A stretch of DNA of 64,000 nucleotides from Collinsella sp. (GCA_036553025.1 JAXKBK010000040.1:1044-65043); one strand, 5' to 3'. Numbered from the stretch's first letter, positions 14,654 to 27,203 are shown. Numbers and translations: made by a program. Notes: generated from the letters alone by a model not told the origin.

Positions 14654-14744
14654 GGAGGGGTGGCAGAGTGGTTGAATGCGGCGGTCTCGAAAACCGTTTG
14701 GCCTGTATAAGGTCACGAGGGTTCGAATCCCTCCTCCTCCGCCA
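14654..14744 (+). tRNA. tRNA-Ser (anticodon CGA)
   Basis: Acceptor GGAGGGG/CTCCTCC with one G-U pair, anticodon loop CTCGAAA, long variable arm, T-loop GGTTCGAATCC and an encoded CCA. Confidence 0.9.
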
Positions 14745-14756
14745 TTTAGATTGAGA

Positions 14757-14783
14757 AAGCTCCCTAGAATGGGAGCTTTTTTG
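14757..14783 (+). terminator. rho-independent terminator after the tRNA-Ser pair
   Basis: AGCTCCC-TAGAAT-GGGAGCT followed by TTTTTT. Confidence 0.75.
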
Positions 14784-14814
14784 TTATCGAAATACATCTC
14801 GATCCCGCGCTTCC

Positions 14815-14894
14815 CCAAACGTGTACGTCAGCCTCCAAAAACGACATTTTTCGACATCTTTGGAGGCTGACGTACACGTTTGGATTGAGCTCAC
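14815..14894. repeat. 80-nt hairpin element, copy A (25-bp perfect stem, 19-nt loop, 11-nt tail)
   Basis: CCAAACGTGTACGTCAGCCTCCAAA pairs perfectly with TTTGGAGGCTGACGTACACGTTTGG. The tail is ATTGAGCTCAC. Confidence 0.9.
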
Positions 14895-14904
14895 GGGAGT
14901 GGCG

Positions 14905-15912
14905 CTATTCGGAAGGTGCCTCCTCGTCTCGTATGCTTTTCCAGTTGCGGATAAGTGCCTTGCGCAGTTCATTTTGCTTTCGTTGGTACTCGGTATCGGT
15001 GCATCGAGGCATGCCGAGTGCTTCGCGAATGTTGTTCATGGCGCGGTGAAAGGCGAGCTGGCTGCCGAACTGAGCCGAAGTGAGCGTAACGATTCGATAT
15101 CCCATTTGGGAGAGAACGGCCTCTCGCTCCGCATCTGCTCCCTTGCGCTCGAGCTCATCGTGAAAACCGCCCTTATATTCGATACCGAGCTCCCTGCGCT
15201 TATAGGTCACAAGCGCATCGATTTTGAGTGTTCGAGCTTTGGCGCAATGCCAGAGACGTTGAGGGATCTCGAGCGGTTTGTTGAGTTCGATACCTCGGAT
15301 GCCAACGCCGCCTTCGCTTGTTGGGAGCGAGAGGGCGATTGCCGAAGCGGTCTCCATAGGCGAGGCCGAGTGATCGTAGATGTGCCTGAGCGCGAGCCGT
15401 GCACGTGTGGCACCGGGTTTGCCGGGGTGCCGATCGAGCAGTTCGGTTATTTCATCCTTGGAGGTGGTGGCTGGTTGCTCGGTATAAGGGTCGGCGGGAT
15501 TGAGCCTCATGCGATAATCGGCGCAAACTTCATAGCCATATTCGAGATATTCGATCCTATCCATCCACTCGGCAGCGAGCACGAAGGCGAAGGCTTCGTC
15601 GGTGATGAAGATTCCGGGCGTCAACTCGTTAATATGCTCGTAGGGAAGATTTTGTCCAAGAATGTGGCAAACGACGCCTTTGGTACGAATTCGCTCGAAT
15701 TCGAATACAACCGCGATATCGATAGTCTTAAGCATATCGGACGGAATGCCGCAGTCGGTAAGGGCCTGTCGTATGCGCGCAACACGTTGCTGGGTGGAGA
15801 TGCCTTGTGCGCCTATCTGGTAGTCGTGCCGCGCAAGAGACTGAACCAAATTCTGGGGTGCATGATGGACAAGCCATGCGGTTTTATGCGAAATGAGAAC
15901 AGGGGTATCCAT
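14905..15912 (-). CDS. DUF559-like (Vsr/PD-(D/E)XK endonuclease-fold) domain protein, N-terminal domain unknown
   Basis: The C-terminus KIDALVTYKRRELGIEYKGGFHDELERKGADAEREAVLSQMGYRIVTLTSAQF fits the D..(E)Y.G..H...D..R...L...G pattern of DUF559 proteins common in Actinobacteria. Confidence 0.6.
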   Translation of the reverse strand: MDTPVLISHKTAWLVHHAPQNLVQSLARHDYQIGAQGISTQQRVARIRQALTDCGIPSDMLKTIDIAVVFEFERIRTKGVVCHILGQNLPYEHINELTPGIFITDEAFAFVLAAEWMDRIEYLEYGYEVCADYRMRLNPADPYTEQPATTSKDEITELLDRHPGKPGATRARLALRHIYDHSASPMETASAIALSLPTSEGGVGIRGIELNKPLEIPQRLWHCAKARTLKIDALVTYKRRELGIEYKGGFHDELERKGADAEREAVLSQMGYRIVTLTSAQFGSQLAFHRAMNNIREALGMPRCTDTEYQRKQNELRKALIRNWKSIRDEEAPSE

Positions 15913-16004
15913 TGAGGGCCTCTCGCTCTGAGCCGGTATCCAACTCTTATGTCCGTTGAAGTGGGGAAATATACCGGATGTGAGTAAATCAACTCACTCA
16001 TGCT

Positions 16005-16085
16005 GTGAGCTCAATCCAAACATGTACGTCAGCCTCCAAAGATGTCGGAAAATGTCGTTTTTGGAGGCTGACGTACATGTTTTGG
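16005..16085. repeat. 80-nt hairpin element, copy B (inverted relative to copy A)
   Basis: The reverse complement differs from copy A by 3 substitutions and 1 indel. Two of the substitutions are a compensatory G:C to A:T change at one stem pair. Confidence 0.9.
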
Positions 16086-16216
16086 ACCCTTGGCATTCCA
16101 GTAACGCCACGCCCGCATCCAGTCCCGACCGTTTGCCGAGCAATAGGATCGCAATCGGCGCCGAACATGTACTATGTACGGGCATTGTCTAAACCCACAA
16201 TCCAAAGGACCCCATC

Positions 16217-16906
16217 TTGCCCGTCGTCGCCGCTATGACCGTTACCCCACATGCCTCGGATGCCATGGTCGCTATTCCGTTTTGGCTCGAGATGTTCGCT
16301 GTTGTCGCTGCATCGATCTCGGGTGTGCTGGTTGCGCGTGAGCACAAGCTCGACCTGGTGGGCGCGGTCGCGCTCGCGGTGGTCTGCGGTCTGGGCGGCG
16401 GTCTCTTGCGCGACATGACGCTGCAGGTGGGCAACGTCTACATCCTCAACCAGCCGATGGCACTCCCGCTTTCCATTGCCACGGCGGCCATCATCTATAT
16501 TTTCCCGGCAATCGTCGACAAGCCCGAAAAACTCATCCCCTTGCTCGACATCATCTCGGTCGGCATCTACGCCGCCACTGGAGCAGACAAGGCGCTGGTC
16601 TACGGCTTTGCGCCGGCGGTGTGCATCATGATGGGCTTTTTTACCGCAGTAGGCGGCGGCATGCTGCGCGACGGCTTTATGGGCGTGGTTCCGGGCATTT
16701 TCCAACGTACTAACTTTTATGCCATCGCCGCCATCGCCGGATCGACAAGCTATGTGTGTCTCGTTATGAGCGGCATCATGAGCAATGTCGCCGCGCTGGT
16801 CGTATGCGTTGTCGTGACCATGGGACTGCGCTGGCTCTCGCTGCGCTTTGACATCAAAAGCCCCACCGAAGAAGACATCGCGCGCTTTTTGCACCGTAAA
16901 AAGTAG
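16217..16906 (+). CDS. trimeric intracellular cation channel family membrane protein (UPF0126/YadS-like)
   Basis: Two UPF0126-type repeats with GGGLLRD and GGGMLRD motifs and about 7 hydrophobic helices. Confidence 0.75.
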   Translation: MPVVAAMTVTPHASDAMVAIPFWLEMFAVVAASISGVLVAREHKLDLVGAVALAVVCGLGGGLLRDMTLQVGNVYILNQPMALPLSIATAAIIYIFPAIVDKPEKLIPLLDIISVGIYAATGADKALVYGFAPAVCIMMGFFTAVGGGMLRDGFMGVVPGIFQRTNFYAIAAIAGSTSYVCLVMSGIMSNVAALVVCVVVTMGLRWLSLRFDIKSPTEEDIARFLHRKK

Positions 16907-17012
16907 GCAGCACGACACAACCCCTCGAAATGCAACCGAGAGGTTCTTTTAGAGCGCCCGCGCGTTGGGTACCCTGTTAGATGCATATCGAGCATCTGAC
17001 GAAGGATTCACT

Positions 17013-18158
17013 ATGCCCTGTAATCAATTCCCGTTGACCCAGCGCCGTAAAGCATGGGGCCGCATCACCATCCTGTTCGCGCTCATCGCGCTGGCGATCA
17101 CCGTGCTTCCCACGGCGTCGTTCGCCGGCACGGACACCGCAGGCAACGTACTTGCGACCGACAATGACGCCAATCCGTCCGGCGTCGATGGTGACCTGTA
17201 CTGGGCCGGCCAGGCCCTCAACTTGGACGATGCGTCCATTGACCGTGATGTCATCGCCGCGGGCGATACCCTCTCGATCCGCGACTGCACGGTTGGCGGC
17301 GCCGTCCGTCTGGCGGCACGCACCATCGACATCGCCAAGACCACGGTTGATGGCAGCGTCACGGTGGCCGGCCAGCACGTTGTGCTCAACACCGGTAGCA
17401 CCGCCAACTGTTTTTACGCGATGGGCGAGACGGTTGCCCTGCGAGGCTCCACCAAGTCGGCAGCGCTGGCAGGCGATACGGTGACCATCGATGGCACCGT
17501 CGAGGGCGATGTCGAGGTTTGGGCCGACAAGCTCATCCTGGGCAAGAACGCCCATATCACCGGCACCGTGAACGCGCACGTCTCCGAGGACCCTGAGCGC
17601 GCCGCGGGAGCCGAGGTAGGCGCACTTAAGATCGACCGCACCGAGAACGAAGATACTTCCACCGTTAACGATGTCATCGGCGGCATCGTCGCCTCGGCGC
17701 TCTCGACTTGCTTTGTCGCCCTGCTGCTCGAGCTCGTCTTTCCGCGTGCGACCGCCAGTGCCGCCGGCATGCTTCACCAGCGCCCCACGCCCCTGTGGGT
17801 GAGCGGTCTTCTGGGTACGATTGCTGTCGTCCCCGCCGTCCTGCTGCTGATTATCTCTATCGCTGGCCTGTCGCTTGCCGGAACCCTCCTGTGCGGCGTT
17901 ATCGGCATCGCGTTGGTGTCGAGTGCCTTTGCGGGGTGTGCGATCGCCCGCATGGTCGGACACAGCCAGAACCGTTACGCCATGGCGGCCGTAGGTGGCA
18001 TCGCCGCGGGCGCGCTTACGGCAATCCCCCTCGTAGGCGACTTCATCAGCGGCGTGGCCTTCGTCTTTACACTCGGCTACATCATCCAAATCATCTGGCG
18101 CAACGCCCACCTCAAACCGCAGCAGCCGGCTAACACGCCAGAACTCCCCACCGCTTAG
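17013..18158 (+). CDS. membrane-anchored bactofilin-like (polymer-forming beta-helix repeat) protein
   Basis: N-terminal anchor ITILFALIALAITVL. The beta-helix repeats are of the type IAAGDTLSIRDCTVGGAVRLAARTIDI..VDGSVTVAG..VTIDGTVEGDVEVWADKLILG. The C-terminal block has multiple TM segments. ATG 17013 has GAAGGA upstream. Confidence 0.6.
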   Translation: MPCNQFPLTQRRKAWGRITILFALIALAITVLPTASFAGTDTAGNVLATDNDANPSGVDGDLYWAGQALNLDDASIDRDVIAAGDTLSIRDCTVGGAVRLAARTIDIAKTTVDGSVTVAGQHVVLNTGSTANCFYAMGETVALRGSTKSAALAGDTVTIDGTVEGDVEVWADKLILGKNAHITGTVNAHVSEDPERAAGAEVGALKIDRTENEDTSTVNDVIGGIVASALSTCFVALLLELVFPRATASAAGMLHQRPTPLWVSGLLGTIAVVPAVLLLIISIAGLSLAGTLLCGVIGIALVSSAFAGCAIARMVGHSQNRYAMAAVGGIAAGALTAIPLVGDFISGVAFVFTLGYIIQIIWRNAHLKPQQPANTPELPTA

Positions 18159-18286
18159 CCGCCAACCAACATAAAGGGGCCAGGCACCTTTATGGTGGCG
18201 CAGACCAGCTCAATCCTCTTGCACAAAAAGGGCGCCGACCATTGCGGTCGACGCCCTTTCTCGTTAGACGTTATAAAACCCAGCGC

Positions 18287-20125
<1,839 letters not shown>

Positions 20126-20242
20126 GTAGTTCCCCTATCTTCTATCTATATACAACCGGCACGCGTATGCGACCCACCCAGCAATGCAACGCTCGGCGGG
20201 AATATTGAGCCTTTTACCGAAAACTCGTTTATTTTAGCGATT

Positions 20243-20692
20243 TTAGATGAGAGGGGTTTCCTCACCTGCAGGTTCAGGGTCGCTCCACATAAAACCATCG
20301 CCGGCGCCCATGCCCTCATACAGCACATATGCCGAAAAACCGCTCTCGAGCGTGGTTTCGAAGAAGCTCACGAGCAGAGCATCGTGATAGCCGCCGTCAA
20401 CCTCGACGCAGCCGGTGTAGCCGATGGCATATCGGGCGATACGGCCCAGGCCCTCGTCCTTAAGACCCATCTTGTGTTCGGAGATAAAGTTGGTGGCCGC
20501 CTCGAGGCACGCCTCTTCGCCGTCCTCGTCGAGCGCCGCCAGATATCGGTTGGAAGCAGCGTCCTCAATCGCCACAACTACGCCCGGATTCTCGCCGGCG
20601 GCAAGGTCGTCCAAGAACGCACCAATCAGGTCACACACCATGGCGTCGAGCTCGGCGGAGACGTTACCGGCGTCCTGCATATCCTGTGCCAT
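20243..20692 (-). CDS. hypothetical acidic cytoplasmic protein
   Basis: 149-aa ORF with coding-like composition and no recognisable family. Confidence 0.5.
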   Translation of the reverse strand: MAQDMQDAGNVSAELDAMVCDLIGAFLDDLAAGENPGVVVAIEDAASNRYLAALDEDGEEACLEAATNFISEHKMGLKDEGLGRIARYAIGYTGCVEVDGGYHDALLVSFFETTLESGFSAYVLYEGMGAGDGFMWSDPEPAGEETPLI

Positions 20693-20722
20693 CTTTAGAC
20701 CTTCCCATCGAGTCCGGCGTCG

Positions 20723-21112
20723 TTACAGTTCCTGTGCCTCGGCGGCGATCTTGGCGGCAGCGTCGCGGGCGCGCATCATATCCATCGCGCGCTTGTCGAG
20801 CACCTTGATCTGACTGGTCAGCATTACCGCGTCGACCACACCCCAGATCACCAGGCCCGTAGAGATCGAAAACCCAAGCGCACCAACTGTACCACGAAGG
20901 CGCGAACAGATTGCCGCGACAAGGGCGGAGATGACAACCATCTTGATAAACGAGCCGCGGCGTTCGCGAAGCGTGCGGGCCTGCGTCACATAGGCAATGC
21001 GCGCCGCCTCAGAAGCCTCAGAGCGCATCTGGGCCTCGCGCGCGATAGCCGCTGCCTCGGCCGACATGCCGCCGGCCATCAGCGAACGCTCCACAACCTG
21101 AACGCCCCGCAT
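20723..21112 (-). CDS. hypothetical small membrane protein
   Basis: 129 aa with two hydrophobic segments (MVVISALVAAICS, ALGFSISTGLVIWGVVDAVML). Its start directly abuts the stop of the upstream gene. Confidence 0.5.
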   Translation of the reverse strand: MRGVQVVERSLMAGGMSAEAAAIAREAQMRSEASEAARIAYVTQARTLRERRGSFIKMVVISALVAAICSRLRGTVGALGFSISTGLVIWGVVDAVMLTSQIKVLDKRAMDMMRARDAAAKIAAEAQEL

Positions 21113-21613
21113 TTAGAAATCATCGGGGGAGAGCGTATGGACGAACTCGTCGAACTTCTCGAACTCCTGCTCGTCGTCGACTTCCTCGGCGCGGGTAGAA
21201 ACAGTGCCCAGGCGATTCATGATGTCATCCTCCACAAACATGGGAGCATTGCTGCGCACGGCAAGGGCAATGGCATCGCTGGGGCGGGCGTCGATCTTGC
21301 GCTCCTCGCCATCGGCCAGTACGACGATTGTCGCGTAGAACACCGGCGGCTCGGCGCGAACGATCTCGATGCGCTCGAGTTTGGCGCCCAGGGCGCCAAC
21401 AGTATCGAGCAACAGGTCATGGGTAATCGGGCGCTCGGCGCGGCCGCTATCGATGCCACGGCTAATGGCAGCAGCTTCAAACGAACCAGTCTGAATGGAA
21501 AGGGAACGCAGCGGCGCGGGCGAGTCCGATTTGCTGCTGCGCTCACGAAGCACAATAAGCGATGGCACGGGACCGGCGGCCATGACGATGGTCTCTATGT
21601 CGACACGAACCAT
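21113..21613 (-). CDS. bifunctional nuclease family protein (DUF151)
   Basis: PITHDLLLDTVGALGAKLERIEIV..FYATIVV..IDARPSDAIALAVRSNAPMFV. ATG 21613 is preceded by GGAGG. Confidence 0.8.
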   Translation of the reverse strand: MVRVDIETIVMAAGPVPSLIVLRERSSKSDSPAPLRSLSIQTGSFEAAAISRGIDSGRAERPITHDLLLDTVGALGAKLERIEIVRAEPPVFYATIVVLADGEERKIDARPSDAIALAVRSNAPMFVEDDIMNRLGTVSTRAEEVDDEQEFEKFDEFVHTLSPDDF

Positions 21614-21771
21614 GGAACACCTCCGGTACGTAGCGGTTAACACGCGGCAGCCCGCCGCATTGAATAGCTATACTACCCAATCTTTCGCACAGCACACAAA
21701 ACCAAAATGAGATTTATCGCAGACAAGAAAAAAGCCCCGAGGCAACGCCCCAGGGCTCTTCACAGTTTTGA

Positions 21772-21848
21772 TGGTGGACCTGACAAGATTCGAACTTGTG
21801 ACCTCCCGGTTATCAGCCGGACGCTCTAACCAACTGAGCTACAGGTCC
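21772..21848 (-). tRNA. tRNA-Ile (anticodon GAT), copy 1
   Basis: The reverse complement is GGACCTGTAGCTCAGTTGGTTAGAGCGTCCGGCTGATAACCGGGAGGTCACAAGTTCGAATCTTGTCAGGTCCACCA. Confidence 0.92.
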
Positions 21849-21852
21849 ATCA

Positions 21853-21928
21853 TGGTGGAGGTTAGGGGGATCGAACCCCTGACCTCAGGCTTGCAAAGCC
21901 CGCGCTCTCCCAGCTGAGCTAAACCCCC
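21853..21928 (-). tRNA. tRNA-Ala (anticodon TGC)
   Basis: The reverse complement is GGGGGTTTAGCTCAGCTGGGAGAGCGCGGGCTTTGCAAGCCTGAGGTCAGGGGTTCGATCCCCCTAACCTCCACCA. Confidence 0.92.
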
Positions 21929-21939
21929 ACGGAGACAGT

Positions 21940-21984
21940 AATAAACACCCCAGCGGCGACTCGGCTCTCGCTGGGGTGTTTATT
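21940..21984. other. perfect 16-bp hairpin between tRNA-Ile copy 2 and tRNA-Ala
   Basis: AATAAACACCCCAGCG, a 13-nt loop, then CGCTGGGGTGTTTATT. Neither strand has a flanking U-run. Confidence 0.8.
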
Positions 21985-21995
21985 GCGAAAGAAAG

Positions 21996-22072
21996 TGGTG
22001 GACCTGACAAGATTCGAACTTGTGACCTCCCGGTTATCAGCCGGACGCTCTAACCAACTGAGCTACAGGTCC
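21996..22072 (-). tRNA. tRNA-Ile (anticodon GAT), copy 2
   Basis: 77/77 identical to copy 1. Confidence 0.92.
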
Positions 22073-22086
22073 ATCGCGCAAGGGAT

Positions 22087-22116
22087 ATATTAGACGAGTC
22101 GTTACGCGCGCGTCAA
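22087..22116 (-). promoter_or_regulatory. putative promoter of the tRNA Ile-Ala-Ile cluster
   Basis: Minus strand TTGACG (22116..22111), an 18-nt spacer, then TAATAT (22092..22087), 14 nt before the tRNA 5' end. Confidence 0.4.
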
Positions 22117-22142
22117 CAACTTTTTTTGAAAATCTTTGAAGG

Positions 22143-22284
22143 GTGTTCGCCCCGGTCGCACGGCGGCATGTGAAGTCGCCTACTCGGACAGTCCTGACTC
22201 GCACAGAGAGCACATTAAGTGCTCTCTGGCTCGTGCGGAACTCGCGATCGACTTCACATGTCGCCGTGCGACCGGGGCGAACAC
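22143..22284. repeat. 142-nt long-stem palindromic element (36-bp terminal inverted repeats, 35/36 match, with nested inner hairpin)
   Basis: GTGTTCGCCCCGGTCGCACGGCGGCATGTGAAGTCG (22143..22178) pairs with CGACTTCACATGTCGCCGTGCGACCGGGGCGAACAC (22249..22284). The inner hairpin is AGAGAGCAC-ATTAA-GTGCTCTCT. Confidence 0.85.
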
Positions 22285-22298
22285 GAGTCCCAAGGTTT

Positions 22299-22333
22299 TC
22301 AAAAAAGCGGTCGGCGCGCAGTGCGCCGACCGC
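22299..22333 (-). terminator. rho-independent terminator after gyrA
   Basis: GCGGTCGGCGC/GCGCCGACCGC stem, followed on the minus strand by TTTTTTGAAAA. Confidence 0.75.
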
Positions 22334-22373
22334 CGATATATGGGGTCTGATATTTTCTACCAGCCAGGGCCTC

Positions 22374-25112
22374 TTACTCGTCGAGGAGATCTTCTGGCAT
22401 GTCGTTGCCGTCGCCTAGATCGACAGGGGTTTCTTCGGAAGCAGAGCCGTTTTCTGTGGCTTCGCCTTCGGGTTTTTCCTTGGCTGCCGTCATACGGGCG
22501 ACAGCGCAGATGCGGTCGTTGTCGTCGACGGTCATCATCTTGACGCCCTGGGTGGCGCGGCCAGTCTGGCTGATTTCGTCGGTCTTGACGCGAATGACCG
22601 TCGCGCCCTCCGTCACGATGAACAGCTCGTGCTGCGGGCCCACCGTCTTCATGGCCGCGAGGTTACCCTTACGCTCGGTCATTTGGATGGTGTAGACGCC
22701 CTGGCCGCCGCGATTCTGCTCCGGGTAGTCCGCAACCGGCGTGCGCTTGCCGTAGCCGCGCTCGGTGATGACGAACAGATCACCGTTGCCGTTAGTGACT
22801 TCCATGCCCAGAACGCTCACGCCGTCCTTCATACCGATACCGCGAACGCCGCTGGTATCGCGGCCGGTGGCGCGCACCTGCTCCTCGGAGAACATGATCG
22901 CCTTGCCCGCGGTGGTGGCCAGGATAATCTTGTCGCCCTCGCGCACGCGGCGCACGTTCAACAGCGCGTCGTCGTCGCGCAGGTTGATAGCGATTAGGCC
23001 GTCGCGACGGCTGCGGTCATATGCGCTCATCACGGTCTTCTTGACCATACCGCTCTTGGTGGCAAACATCAGGTACTCGTCGGCCGGGAACTCGCGGCAG
23101 CTGATGACGCTCGCGATCTTCTCGCCCTCCTCGAAGGGCAGCAGGTTGACGATCGCGGTACCGCGTGCCTGGCGCGTACCTACCGGCAGCTCGTGCACCT
23201 TCAGGCGATAGACCTTGCCCTTGCTCGAGAAGAACAGCACGTACTCGTGCGTGGACGCGATGAACATCTCATCGATGACATCGTCCTCTTTGAGGTTGAC
23301 GCCCGACACGCCCTTGCCGCCGCGCTTTTGGGCGCGGTAGGCGGCAACCGGGATACGCTTAACGTAGCCGGTGTGGGTGATGGTCACGACCATATCCTCG
23401 TCGGCGATGAGGTCCTCGACATCCAGGTCCTTCTCGACCTGGCTGATCTCGGTGCGGCGCTTATCGCCGAACTTCTTGGAGATCTCGCGCATCTCTTCCT
23501 TGATGACGCCCAGGATCTTCTCCTCATGCGCCAGCAGGTCCTCGTAGTAGGCGATGGCGCGGCGCAGGCCGTCCAACTCTTCCTGAATCTTGTCGCGCTC
23601 CAGGCCGGTCAGGCGGCGCAACTTCATCTCGAGGATGGCCGTGGTCTGCTCGGGCGTAAAGCCAAAGCGCTCGATCAAGCGACTGCTGGCCTCGGAGTCG
23701 GTCTGCGAGGAGCGGATGATGCTAATGACCTCGTCGATATGGTCGAGAGCCATCAAGTAGCCCTCAAGGATATGCGCGCGGGCCTGGGCCTTCTTAAGGT
23801 CGAAGCGGGTGCGGCGGGTGACTACGTCGACCTGGTGGTCGATGTAGTGCTGCAGCATCTCGCGCAGGCTCAGGCATTTGGGAACGCCGTTGACGAGTGC
23901 CAGGTTGTTGGCGCCAAAGGTCGTCTGCAGCGAGGTGTACTTATACAGGTTGTTGAGCACGACCTGCGGAATGACGCCCTTCTTGAGCTCGATGACCAGA
24001 CGGATACCCTTCTGGTTGGACTCATCGCGCATATCCGAGATGCCCTCGATGCGCTTGTCGTTGACGAGCTGGGCAATCTTCTCCTGCAGGGTGCCCTTGT
24101 TGACCATGTAGGGAATCTCGGTGAAGACCAGGCGACTGCGACCGGTCTTGGTGGACTCAACGTGTGCCTTGGCGCGCACGGTAATGGAGCCGCGGCCGGT
24201 CTCGTAGCTCTGCTTAATGCCGGCGCTGCCCATGATGATGGCGCCGGTGGGGAAGTCCGGACCGGGCATGATCTGCATGAGCTCGTCGACGGTGGCGTCG
24301 GGGTTGTCGATCAGGTAGCAGGTGGCCTCGATCGCCTCGGTGAGGTTATGCGGAGCGATGTTGGTGGCCATGCCGACGGCGATGCCCTGGCTGCCGTTGA
24401 CCAGCAGGTTGGGGAAGCGCGCAGGCAGCGCCACGGGCTCGGCGAGTGATTCGTCGTAGTTGGGCTGCCAGTCGACGGTATCCTTCTGCAAGTCACGCAG
24501 CAGTTCCATGGCGGGCTTTGCCAGGCGGCTCTCGGTGTAACGCATGGCGGCGGCGCCGTCGCCGTCGATGTTACCGAAGTTGCCGTGACCGTCGATGAGC
24601 GGCGTGCGCATGGAGAACCACTGTGCCAGGCGGACCATGGCCTCGTAGACCGCGGAGTCACCGTGCGGGTGGTACTTACCGATAACTTCGCCGACCGTCC
24701 AAGCTGACTTCTTGTGCGGGCGGTTGGGGTAGATGCCGCTCTCGTTCATCGCGTACAGAATGCGGCGGTGCACCGGCTTTAAGCCATCGCGCACGTCCGG
24801 TAGGGCACGCGCCGTGATAACCGACATTGAATACTCGATGAACGATTGCTTCATCTCGCGACCGAACTCCGAAATCTGGAGCTGGCCGCCGTTGATATCC
24901 TCGCCGGCCGAGGCGCCGCGATCGACTTCGCCAAAGCTCTCCTCGAGCTCGGCGTCGTCTTCTTCCTCATCATCATCGGCATCGGGGTTATAGGCGTCCG
25001 GATCGCCGTCCTCGCCCTGCTCAGCACGGGCAAGCAGGCGCTTCAGATCATCGGGCATACCGGCATCGCCGGCCTCGTCCATACCCTCGTTATTGTTGAT
25101 ATCGTCTGCCAC
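22374..25112 (-). CDS. gyrA: DNA gyrase subunit A (with acidic N-terminal extension)
   Basis: [42 protein letters not shown], with C-terminal beta-pinwheel repeats. The GTG start at 25112 is preceded by AAGAGGAGGTAAC. Confidence 0.95.
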   Translation of the reverse strand: MADDINNNEGMDEAGDAGMPDDLKRLLARAEQGEDGDPDAYNPDADDDEEEDDAELEESFGEVDRGASAGEDINGGQLQISEFGREMKQSFIEYSMSVITARALPDVRDGLKPVHRRILYAMNESGIYPNRPHKKSAWTVGEVIGKYHPHGDSAVYEAMVRLAQWFSMRTPLIDGHGNFGNIDGDGAAAMRYTESRLAKPAMELLRDLQKDTVDWQPNYDESLAEPVALPARFPNLLVNGSQGIAVGMATNIAPHNLTEAIEATCYLIDNPDATVDELMQIMPGPDFPTGAIIMGSAGIKQSYETGRGSITVRAKAHVESTKTGRSRLVFTEIPYMVNKGTLQEKIAQLVNDKRIEGISDMRDESNQKGIRLVIELKKGVIPQVVLNNLYKYTSLQTTFGANNLALVNGVPKCLSLREMLQHYIDHQVDVVTRRTRFDLKKAQARAHILEGYLMALDHIDEVISIIRSSQTDSEASSRLIERFGFTPEQTTAILEMKLRRLTGLERDKIQEELDGLRRAIAYYEDLLAHEEKILGVIKEEMREISKKFGDKRRTEISQVEKDLDVEDLIADEDMVVTITHTGYVKRIPVAAYRAQKRGGKGVSGVNLKEDDVIDEMFIASTHEYVLFFSSKGKVYRLKVHELPVGTRQARGTAIVNLLPFEEGEKIASVISCREFPADEYLMFATKSGMVKKTVMSAYDRSRRDGLIAINLRDDDALLNVRRVREGDKIILATTAGKAIMFSEEQVRATGRDTSGVRGIGMKDGVSVLGMEVTNGNGDLFVITERGYGKRTPVADYPEQNRGGQGVYTIQMTERKGNLAAMKTVGPQHELFIVTEGATVIRVKTDEISQTGRATQGVKMMTVDDNDRICAVARMTAAKEKPEGEATENGSASEETPVDLGDGNDMPEDLLDE

Positions 25113-25123
25113 GTTACCTCCTC

Positions 25124-27196
<2,073 letters not shown>

Positions 27197-27203
27197 TTAT
27201 CGT

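Larger units (their letters stand above)
14815..16085. mobile_element. candidate inverted-repeat-bounded single-gene cassette (possible non-autonomous or novel mobile unit)
   Basis: Copies A and B of the 80-nt element are in inverted orientation and bracket only ORF 14905..15912. The cassette sits 30 nt beyond the terminator of two tRNA-Ser genes. No transposase or integrase is present, so mobility is inference. Confidence 0.3.

Noticed and set aside
14815-14894. Hairpin copy A interpreted simply as the terminator of ORF 14905..15912
   Set aside because: No U-tract follows the stem on the relevant strand. The conserved 11-nt tail and an inverted second copy upstream of the gene are not explained by a terminator role alone. 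It is kept as a repeat element.
22136-22543. Two overlapping + ORFs (135 and 91 aa) across the gyrA-tRNA spacer
   Set aside because: They run through a 142-nt palindrome, the gyrA terminator and the antisense of the gyrA 3' end. They have no RBS and no coding-like composition.
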